DNA of 62,522 bases from Phoronis australis (taxonomy: Eukaryota > Animalia > Phoronida), in contig NMRA01000259.1 of NCBI GenBank assembly GCA_002633005.1, positions 216,870 through 279,391 of the forward strand. The letters are read 5' to 3'. The notes beneath the pieces are model-generated. The model searched no databases, was not told where the DNA came from, and saw nothing but the letters and a program-made list of their open reading frames with translations. Both the position numbers and the translations under genes were made by a program. The number at the start of each line of letters is the position of its first letter. Position 1 is the first letter of the stretch. Of this stretch, positions 12,301-24,300 are shown in pieces.

Positions 12301-15300
12301 TCAGGTGTGTACTTTGGCTTCAAATTATTGCCACAGGTGGGACGATAGAAAAACCATTGTCTGGGATATGGGTAGACATTGTCTTGGGAGATGGCTAGAA
12401 ATTTACCCATTACGTAGACGAGTACCCCCTGGGTGCAAATTACAGTCTGCACTGAGGCGTCATTTGCACACAAACATTGCTAGTTTTGATGCAGCTTTCA
12501 TTCCCAGAAACCATTGGGCAGATGACTTCATTTGCAAACTGCCAAAGATATAAAATGGATATCTCAAGCATCCCCTTTTGTCAACGTGAAAAACTAAAAA
12601 ACAAAAACAACCCCTTCAGAAGATCACTGACATTTACCAACTCCCAGAGGTATTTCTTAATATTGTTTAAACAAACAAAATGCACTCATTCAACCTAAAC
12701 ATTACCAAAGACTTTAGAAAAGACACAACACACAACGAATATAGAAATGCGAAGAAACAAGACCATATCCTGTAACTTTTACACTTCTGAGCACTGAACA
12801 TTGACATAACAGATAACAACACACACTAATATCAAAACAGAATTTAAGCTAATGGTGCCCAGACAGAAGCAGACTCTTGCAGTGCATAAACGTCGGTTAG
12901 TTCACACCGAAATGGCAAGGGCACAGAGTGACACACAATAAACAGAAAACTTAAAAGACACACAGCAAAACACGAAGGACTGGCAAAGCTGGCATGTACA
13001 TGCAAGAATTACCAGCACAAAGAGAAAGGCCCAAATGCTGTATGCAAACAATACTGTTAACATTGGACTGCTAACTTGCTGTCACCAAGCACGGAATATA
13101 AAAACTGCATTTAAGGAGAATCCCAAACCTTGTGCAAACCACTAAATTACATTTACCTGGTGTAGTTATAAAACCAAACCCCAGCTTACTTAAGATGTAG
13201 GAGGACATGCAGAGAACACTTCAATTTCTAGTGTGTTTACGTCTTACACTGTTCAAGAGTCAACTTAGTGTCGGACACGTCTGACAACCATAATGGTGCG
13301 GTGACATCATTATATCACGATTTTTGGAAGATGGAAGAGGTGATTATTGAGACAAAGATAAGATAATATCATGCTGCACTGTATCAGATCAGACAATCAA
13401 TGGCCGACACAACAGTTGCCCCCTACAACAAGTAAAAGAAAGAAGTACCTCAAAGTCCTTCACCCAGAGAAGCGTGATGTGACGAGAGGAAGAGAGAGAA
13501 AAAGATAGACGATGTTTAAAATTTAGAGTATACAATATCGACATCAGTCACACAAGCTCCTTTCCACAGTTCCAAAAGCGGAGGGGAGAGGGGTTAGCTA
13601 CCATTAATAATAGCATTCAGTTGCCTAACGGTCATAAAAATGCTGACACCTTGCCACTTTGGAGAGCTTAGGGGGTGACTCCTATTAGAAACTGCGCCAG
13701 GCCTAAATTATGAAATCTGGAATCTCTTCATAATGTTTAATGTAGGTCATTTAGGTGCAAGATATTTGTGTATTCAACATGAATATTCTTAAGACGTACT
13801 TCATGTAGTGAGAAAGAAAGTGCAAAAACAAAGGTTGCATTTGATTAGCGGGTTCCTGCAGGTCAACATGCTAGGACCTTCTAAGTTCTCAACAATCATT
13901 TCTGGTTCATCGACCAATCAAATGTCTAAGCCGGTTGACCTGGCACAACCAGCAAAGTCAGTCGAGTGCAGTCGATGACCACCACATGCAGTTAAAATTT
14001 CATCAAAACAGTCACAGAACGCATGAATGCAGTTTAGCCCAACTCAAAATCCACTCCTGTATGAGAGGCCATGATGTGGGAATTGCTTGAAATATCATGG
14101 ACAGATGCACAGAAAAGGGTTCAATTAACCTACAACAATTGCATTCTAACTACTTCTGTCACCACATGCGCTGTCCATGAGCGAATGTCTAACTGGGCTG
14201 GCCAACTGACTTTGATGACAAGGCAAAGACTGACAAAAAGGGCATGCGTTTCTTAGAAAAAAATTGCGCTCTAATTTTACATAGAATTTGTCAAGAACCA
14301 GAATTCCTGTCTCTTGGTACATTCACAATGGAAACATTTAGGGACATACAAGTATGCCAGGAAAATGTTTAAGCAGCACTGCCAAAACCTTGCTTCACAG
14401 CTGCATTTTTGCCCTGCTTAACTGGCTAAAGAAACAAAAATAGAATTAGGTCTTTTACTCTCATAACATTAGTCTCATAATATTCCTCACTGTGATAGGA
14501 TACTTATTGCATTGCCATCTACAAATCAAGAAAACATTCCAGAGTTTACTGGGGCAAAAGTCTGAATTCAATTGTTCTTTTAGGCCAGCTACATCTTTAA
14601 AAAGGAATACATAAATTCTGTACCATCATACATGATAAACCAGTTCCCCAGTTTGAATTGATAGGATTTTTCACAAAATAAAGAGAATGTGTTGAAAAGT
14701 TGAATAGCATGCAAAGAATGGAACGCCACAAAGTACAAACCATCTAAGGCGTGTTCTCGCGACTTTCAGTTAGAAATTAATTACGAGTTGACTCTGAGGC
14801 AGTGTCCCAAACTCTGTATTGCTTAGAACACGCCTTAAAGGGTGCCAGTCATTATGCATACGGAACGTAGAAAACTGCAAGCTAATGAGAAGAGAAGAGA
14901 GTCTGTTAAACGAAACTAGAGTCAGACAGGGTGGCATGCAGTTTAAAGGAGCGGATTCAATGGTTCATTTCAATCCTTGCAAATCTAATACAGTTTACTG
15001 AACAGTTCATTTTGTCATCATGTCACATGTCACATCAGTGCGTGTCTGATAACATATTAATTCCGTTTCTTTTCTTCTAGTTCAAAGATTGTGCTGTTGG
15101 TAATTGATTATTCAACTTTTCAAAATCCATCAAATTGGCTTCCCTCGGACCCAAACAGATATAGGTGAATTTTTTTCAAACTTGGCAAAAAGCAAGAAGT
15201 ATTCTAAGAGTCAATATTTGCTCATAAATTAAGGGGAGGCGAGTTGAATGCAAGCCATTTTCAAAGGAAAATCTTAGGCATTAGTTACAAACACTTTTAT

Positions 15301-18300
15301 GACAAGAACACATACTTCTTAGGCATATTACATAATCTTTAACTGTCAAAATTTAACAAATTTTTGTTTTCTGATCAGTGCTTTCGGATCAAATGGTGAC
15401 ACTTGCATGCAAAAAATCAAATAAAATTAATCAAAGAATTGCATAGAAACTGAAATGAGATGCACCTGCATTCATCAGTGTTGCCACAAATTGACGATTT
15501 TCAAGCAAGACCAGCCCTTGGGAAGTTGGGAGAGGTCGATTTGTGCGGACATGAGTCGGGGTTTAGTACAGGAATCCTAACAACTGCATTCTATCTTGAT
15601 AACTGTGTGCACAGGTAATTTAGTTTTTAGTCACTAAATATCAGTATCCGCACATGATGCAACCATTGCTAATTTTTTTTTTGAAAATAATTAATAATCT
15701 TTAATTTTTCAAATTTTAACATTTTATGGAGAAAAAACAAAAAACTAACAATCATCGCAGCAGGGTTGAAATTAAACATGACTACTCGCAGGTCTAGTTA
15801 CATCAATGACTGGTTTTCATACTTGAAATCGGAAGATTTTTTTTCTGGAATACAGAAACTTTAAGTATGAATACAGGCCGAGTTGAAATGTGCAGGAAAT
15901 TTCAACCCAGGTGAGAATAGTGACTTTAGGATCACAGTGCCGAAATTGGAGAATAAATTAAAGTGCACTCTATCTTATTTTATTTCATTCACTCCTGACC
16001 ATCAGTCTCTATCTTTAGCAACTCTTCTCACCTTGCTATTAGCGAACAACAGCCCAATACCCTCCATGCACACTTGCAGTAAGCCCCCCTCGCCTGTTTT
16101 CAGGTCCTGTACAGGGAACTCGCCGCCCAGCTCGGGACCTGAAATAAAAACGGACAGTGAAAACAACAACTACAGCAAATAGGTAATTCTTAAACAGGCG
16201 TGGAAATGTATATCGGAAGCATTTTTAAGTCTGATCAGCATGCTACCTGTGGCCACATCACGTGACCCAATATGTATAAATCTGAAAAGATTTCCCGGTA
16301 GGGGCAGAAATCTTTTCAGACTTATATTCATTAGGTCACTTGGGGTGACCAGACTTGAAGATGGCATGCTGTCTACACTTGCAAATGTTTCCAATAACAG
16401 AAAAGTGACTGCTAGAAAAATATTCCTGTGCTCGGTAGAGAGCAAAAATAATTAAAATGCATGATTTGATAGTCATTTTGGTGCTACATGGTGTCAGAAT
16501 GAGGATGGATGCACGAGGGTTGGAATAATACTCTTATGTAGAATTAAATAATAACAATAGGTGAAATATTCTTAACTGGGTGAACGGAGAAATAAGGAAA
16601 TTTATTTACTAGCTGAGGGATGAATGCAAAGCAAAGTCTAAAACCACCAGCTTGCTTCTATGTAACAATATCTCTGTAAATGGTGACAATCTCACTGTCC
16701 CAAATTCAAGAAATTCCATCAATGACAATCGATCATCCACCTCGATGACACACACTATGGGGACATAATTTTATGAACATGTGGCATTGGTAGTAAGGAA
16801 TTTTCTCCAAAATGCCAAGTCTAATTTCAGATTCTGTTTAATATACAAAATGCACTCTCAGAGAAATATGGTGAACGTCAAAAAAGCCCAAGTCCCAATG
16901 TTAAAAGTCGATTCTATTCTGGCTTGAATTTTGGTGTAAAGTTTCAAATTACGAATGTCCCAAACTGGGGAATTTTACCATACATTGCATAACACCATAA
17001 CCTTTGTCAGTTAAGATCAACCTATTTTTAAAAGGGCATGTTTACTACCAACATGTCCGTGGTAGCTGGTATTATTATTAGATGGGATAGTCTTTTTGAA
17101 GTTCTTAGCTTTGATCAGAGCTATGGAAAAATAAAATCCATAGTTTTACGATTTCATTTTAAATCACTAAATTCTTGCAGAAATCAGGGCTGGTGACTGT
17201 ACTAGCTCAGTATTGTTAAAATACTCTGCCATTTATTGAGTGGGATTTAGTTTAGTTAGCCTGCACAAGCATGAAGGGTTTCCTGGTTCAAATCCCAACT
17301 GGAGCTAATCCCACAAACCACTTTCTCCCCCGAAAATGTCTCTTCAAGACCACCCGCCTGAATTCAGCATAACTTTGCGACTCACAGGTCGCCATCTGTG
17401 CCTAAAAATAGATTTGCAATCAAACATAAAATCCTGTCACCACTAGCGATTACAGAACATGGTTCCTACCCATCTGCGATTTGATCGCAACTTTTGGATG
17501 AACCAGCTAGACAGCAACTAAATTCCTTCGCTTGGTATCAGTCGACAAACATGACATTCATTTCCGCATTCTCAAGCTTCTGATCTTCCGACAAATGCTA
17601 TTTACGCCCTCTGATTTACCGACATTTTACTTCGCAATTAAATTTATTGAGGAGAACAGCCTACAACTTGGCAGATGATTGAAAATTTAAACTACAATGA
17701 GCCAGTTTTTGAAGGAATTATAAATTGACATGGAAAGACGATAAAGATAAGGAGTCTTTTCTCAATAATATGCAACGCATATGCAACCTAATATTAAACC
17801 AGTGGCGAGATCGGGCAACAGAATTTGCATACAAGGGTTGGGAGAAGCCAGAATGTAGTGCATGGTCCGCAGAGATACCTTTATAGTAAAAGGTAATGCC
17901 TGAGGTGTTTGTGACATTATCTTGTGACATGTCAGGCCCCTAGATTATTTTTTAGGGGCCAATGGTTCCTTGGAAAAATGCTTAAGTTATGCCCTGCTTT
18001 GTGCAGCTGAAGCCCTCTAATTCGTTTTACTCGATGTTAAGATCACGACCAAAAATACTAACAGAACTGTGAGGGAATTCTGCACTAAGGACACTAAGAA
18101 TAGAAACCCAAGACTAGAAACTGAACAACTGACGTCACAGTTATGTACTTAGGCCACGCAACACTACCTTAAGTTTGTTTTGAAGGTTTTAATGTCAAGG
18201 TAATTACTTGATAACTTTGTTAGCAAGAAGCAAGCTTTTTATGAAAATTCACGAGTGACAAAGGAAAGTCAAATTTAAGTGTCATACATATGTCTATAAA

Positions 18301-21300
18301 ACAAATCAATTAGAACCACATTGCAAGAGTTTGCTTGTCAAAAACAGGGATAGGGAAAAACAACGGGTTTAATCTAAATGTATTAGAGCACTGAAGAAAG
18401 GGACTGAACAGTAACCAAATGATGATTTACTGCAATTCATCGCAAACACCAAAGGGTTCAGAAATAGAGTTTAAAGTTAGAGTATCTACCAATCACAGTT
18501 AAGAACAGGAAAATGACAACATTGACCACAGGAGACTACAGAGACGAGTTGAAGTAGCCATTACTGGTTTTTCACCCCATACTGCAAGTAATTTTCTGTA
18601 ATGAGCAGAACAGTTCCAATCACGTTGGAAGCTAGGGGAGCTCTATTACCGGTAGATCTCATGTTGACAAGTCAAAAAATGCCCTGTTATCAGCATTGTT
18701 GTATTTCAAAGTATGAAAAGAAACAAAATTCCTAGATTTTTGTTCAGAATGAACTCGTACTTAAGATTTAAAAATAGACAAGTGTGATTCACAGACTTCC
18801 ATTATCAGCGGTTTGCCCCACAATGAAATCAAACTGACAGGATCAACTTGATAAAAAAACCCAGGAAGCATGAAATGGGCTATTTAGAAATGCGACTGAA
18901 ATGCGTTTTTGAAATGATTTATTAAAATCGAAATTGCACAATACTTCATGAAAATTAAAAATAAATGGACTACAAGGCTAGACATTTGAAAGAAACCAAA
19001 ACCGAGAAAGACACATCTAAATGCAAAACGGGTGAAATTAAATTTAGCCCCAGTGCTGTCAAGAAAATGTAAGCTGAAGCAAATTTGCAAAGTTTTAGCA
19101 TCAAAAACAGGCAAGCAAGTTAATAGAAATAAACAAATCAGCTAATGGAACAGTTTATAAAAAACAGCGAAATGTTATTGAGTTACCATGTTTGCCAGTA
19201 GTTTGAGGGTGACTATGGGATGGGTTAGCTTCAAAACAAAAAAGAAAAATCAACCATTAAAAGAAACAATTCAATGAACTAGTCAAATGAAATCAGCTCA
19301 CAGATGAAAACGGGAATTTCCCTCCACCAAAAAACATAACGAGAGGCTAAGTCTGAACACTGCGGTAATCTTTACATTCAACCAATTACCTTCTCTGTGG
19401 TTTACTTAAAGTTATACTGAGCGCTGTTCAGGTATTTAATATGACCATTACCAAGCTAGGACGTCCCATTTCACACAGCGACGAGTATCAAACGTTTCAA
19501 GTTCATGTTGCAATCAATTGTAACCATTGTGAAATGTGGCAAATCAACACAACACAAATCCTCATTAGTCTGTGGTCAGAGTAGAGCTCTTGGGACAGGT
19601 GTTATGTTCAGATCATAAATTAACCACTTATGATACATCAAAGTTGGCAGTTTTTTACCAACTGACATAGCGCTCAATATGACTTTAAAGCTGCGTTTCA
19701 CCCCCATTTGACTAGTAAATGTTGAAATCTGAACCGAAGAGCTTTAAAAAATTAGCTCAACCAATTTTGAATTATTGCCGAACGAGCCAGCAACACAGTT
19801 CATTAGGCAAAGCATACATACGCCATTTTCAAATCTGCAACTTCTGAGTTGTTCAACCTCAGTAAAATCTAAAGCACGTTCTTAAATTGCTGACGGCTTC
19901 CATTTCTTGTTGGTAATGGATATAGAATCCTATCGCGGTATGGAATATTATGAGACCGACTTTGTGAGAAAAAGTTGAATTCGTTTTTCGTTTTCAAGCC
20001 AAATCAATGTTGTGAAATGCAGCTTAAAGTAAGATAATGTTAAATCAAACCCTGAACTAAGATGTCAAAAACTGTTACACCGTGTCACACACAAGCAGGA
20101 CGAGAGTACAATTCAGCTTGAAATCCAATTCTCAGATTGTTTTAAGGTAAAAAGCTATGGCGTACCATAGATTTTCTAAAGATATGTCTTGCTACAAACA
20201 CAATGAGCAGTTGGCTAACAGGACAACAGTACTATAAGTATGGTGTTCATTTTAATACACGACTGTACAAAATTTTGTGAAAGAAAGTATTTCTGACGCA
20301 TGCTTTGGGATGCATTGCGAGACCAAAATAACCTGGAACTGCCATTGCACTGTGAAAGTGACTGGTCCAAGTTGACAGGTGCAATTTCAGTAAGGCCCAT
20401 CTTCTATTTATAGTTGGTGAAACCAAATGCAGTAAGGGTCAGTATTTTGTTAATGAACAAAGGATTCACCGATTCTGGCCCACAGGAGCACACCGTAACC
20501 GAGATCTCCCCAACGGCTTTTTCATGCAATTTCCAATTTTTAGCAATTTCTTAAACCCTTACTTGCAGTTCTGTATTAACAGTATGTTCATCCAAAACTT
20601 GATAGCTTGTGAACAAAGTTTTGTGATTCACAAAAACAAACAACAAATCGTAATGTACTGTTTACAGTATGAACTGAGCGAACCAAGAGCCGGTGGTAAA
20701 ACTATTATCTATTCCTCACCCGTTGCAACCCTAATGAAAACTATCTGCCAGATTTGCTGTTGTCGTGACAACCAACCGAGGCTAGGGTGGTGGGAATTCA
20801 AACAGAGAACTACAGAGAGAGGACAAACTGGTGACAGAAAGCTGAACAAACTGGCTAACATTTCTACAGTTGTCGTGGTAACAGACAGTAGAGTCATGAC
20901 TAGCAGACATGGCAGTATACATAATACAGGGAAATATGCCATGAGAAGCTTAGCGGTCACTATTAATGTCACACTTTTTAGTTAAATTGATAAGATTAAA
21001 ATAAAGTTGCACTGTGAGTCCACTTTGTCTACGAATGTTTTGAAAAAAGTATCACACAAATATGACGCAGAAAAAATTACACCACTTGACGTTACTCCAA
21101 AATATGGGCAGGCTGTGGGAAAGTGTTTGGGGTTCATTAATATCCCAATATCTGACTCCGACTCCCTGGAAAACTAAATGATGATATTTACCCCATGAAC
21201 AGGCTAACGGAAAACATTTTCAACATCCCTGACAAGAAACTGCTGACACGGCTCTTTGCCTCCCCAATCACGTATATTATGGTCATCTGATTTCGAAAGC

Positions 21301-24300
21301 CAGATGCTTAATACACGCGTACGTAACCAGTTGCTCTAAACATTGGGACAAATGCAGACGCCTCATCAGAGGCCGCTTGTCACGGTAACACGAATAAGAC
21401 ACTGTGGGGAGACACGGGAAGCGAACTCACCGTGGGGGAGCCAACTTACCCGGAATCCTCCCATGATTCTTTGAGGCGGCCTTCTCCATGGCTTCCTTGA
21501 CACAGAAGTAGAGCTCACGGCACTAAAATGAATAGGATCCTTTGAATTACTTGTCAGAAATTAAACCAACACATCACGCTGGTAAGACCGGGAGAACTCC
21601 GTCACAGGACTACTGCCAGTGAAACTAGTCTCTATATCAGACTATTCACCAATATTGAGACAAGTTCCATTAACTTATTGCATGCATTGCAAGCCAGAGG
21701 CACTCACCTCAGTTAATGGCGGCCGCTGTTGCAAGATATGGTCATACGGCTTAACTGTAGAAACACGAGTCAAAGAATGATAAATATATATATACACTCA
21801 GGTAACACAAAAATAATGGAAGAAAATTCCGTTTCCCTAGCAACACAGCTATTCTGATGGAGATTTTGGATCATCTAGCATCCAAATCGCATTCAAAGGC
21901 TCACAAGACTCCCAAAAATTAACTTACCATCACTCATCCTTATAAACCTAGTCGTAAAATGAACGTTCATTCCACGAATCTGAAGTTTTTTATAATAAAT
22001 TAATTTATCGTGTAGGTAACCCAATCGAACAATGCGAGGACGATGTCGAGTGCCAATAAACACAATAACAATTTATTCTACGAAAACTTTTACTATACAT
22101 CTAATACAGACCAACCAGATGAAGTAAACGTCATTATGTGAATATTGACAAAATGAGGTCATTCAGAAACGAATGCATCAACGTGTGGGTGTAACATCGT
22201 TGAATTACGTACAATTAGCAATTAGGCACAACGAAGCGCAACAAACTCTTGACAAAGGGAATTAACAGCTAAGGGCAATAATTTCAAATTTCCTCGAGAC
22301 AAAAGTTAGACAGCAGTGCTATTCTACTATCTGATGATAAAAGTTACATTAATATTTTTATTATCAAATAATTCAGGTATCCAGTGCGCCAAAGTTTTGC
22401 CGATGTCAAAGTGTGTTTATTTTGAAAAGTACAGCAAGGTACCTATAACTTGAATGTAGTGAGTACTGTACAGAACTATTACTGCGTTTTCGTATAATGA
22501 AAGTAAACAATTAAATAATTATAAATAACTCAATAAAAATTAACAAAAATGTAAAAATGACATTCATTGTCTGCAGAAAGTAGGTGTAAGTCACCACTGA
22601 AGTGATTTTTAAGCCTATTAGTGAAATAAAATAAAAATTCAAAACAGTTAACCGAACACACCAAGGGCATAATGTTCCCATGTGTTAACTGTTACTAGTG
22701 TCACATGTATATCACATGACACTTCAACTATACAACAACAGGACAAGAGGTGTATTAACAAAGAAGGCAAATGGAAAATGCTGCGTCCAATTAGAAAGTC
22801 CAATGACCATAAACCCCGCTTAAACGCAGTCATGCCAAAATGAGTGCAAACGGAAATAAACCCACATTCCTTCACAAAATCAACTTCTGATTTAGATTGC
22901 TCACTGTATGAAATTGGTCTCAAATTGTTCCTTAGTCAAATTGGGGGTGATAACAGGACTTCGAGAGGACAGTTCACTACAGCTTGAGATTCACCTTTAT
23001 GCATTAAACTTGCAATGGCGTGACATTTTACATGCCAAGCATGGTTTTAAGGAATAGCAAACTGTCAGTCCTTTGACAGTCAAAAATCACTTCTCACCTG
23101 AATACCTTAGGAAAATACAACAACAATTATAACGGACCAACTGAAATTTTCGGATATAATCTGAAAATTTATGTTTCTGTTGAGGAAGGATTTTTAAAAT
23201 TATACCCGAAAACTTCAGTTGATTATTTATTGTTGTTTTATGCTAATAGTTACTTTTATATTCTGTGTTTCGTTCAAAATAGTATCCCTCTTAGGATCTG
23301 GATCACCTCATTTAGATTCAATTTTTTCCTATTAATATTTAATTTCTCACCTGAGTAAGGAACAAATTAAGCCCAATTTTATGGTGGTAAGACGTCCAAC
23401 TCAAAAGCTCACTTCTTTGTGGTGAAACGTGTAGTTTAGTGCCACTTAAAGTAAACCCAGGCAGCAACATACAAGTTGTTGTTGTAAGACGGATTGATTT
23501 GTTCAGCACAGTGTGAAGTGTATTACGACCGGCTACATATAATGGAGACTGTTACTAAAGAAAAGGTTGGTTCTGAGTTAAGTTCTAGCTACAAGTTACA
23601 CTTCGAAATCCACGAAGCTGACCCTCACAGTGGTGATAGCAAAGAAGTGAAAATGTCCTATACAAATGTACAGGCATTGATTTGGTGATCGCAGTTATTT
23701 TAAAAGAACAAAATGTTATCCAAAGATGTTAGATTCTAGTTAGCAATCTGATTGCGGCAATAAATAATAAGTCAGAGAAGGCGGCTTTGCAATAAAAACC
23801 ACGCCCAAAGAGAGGCCAAAGTTATAAATATTCATTGTGAAAGATACACGTGCCAATGACTGGACAAAATACTGAACCAATAAATCTTCTTATTTTTTTA
23901 ATGCAGTGGCAATTGAGCATTCCACGGTCCTGCTACCTGAAGATTTAGTTTTGTCATTTGACTTTCAGCTAAAAAACAGTCTACGGATGACTGTGCCCGT
24001 TTCACAAAAATCAGGATTTGACTGGAAGTCAGAGCGTCTGTCAACAACTCGAAGTCAAAACTAAGACAAAAATCCGTGAACTTGCCGACAAGACAGAAGA
24101 CAAAACGTTTTGAGAAACAAGACAAGAAATCAAATTTTGGTTCTTTGCAGTCAGATCTCTGACTTTTGGCTTTAGTCAAAAGACAAATCGAAGCTAACAG
24201 CCTATTCAAGCAACAGATCCCTAATTTTTGACATTACATTACACTACTGACCGAATGGAGTTCATTGATCGCTTCTGCGGCAAAATTGGGCATAATTGCC

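Noticed and set aside
14745-14837. 13-bp inverted repeat TAAGGCGTGTTCT...AGAACACGCCTTA (possible Harbinger-type MITE)
   Set aside because: Short, single copy in the window and no exact direct TSD; not enough to call.
20524-20985. 153-aa plus-strand ORF and the many other 60-125-aa ORFs in introns
   Set aside because: No recognisable domains or splice structure; consistent with random ORFs or antisense shadows of MADD exons.
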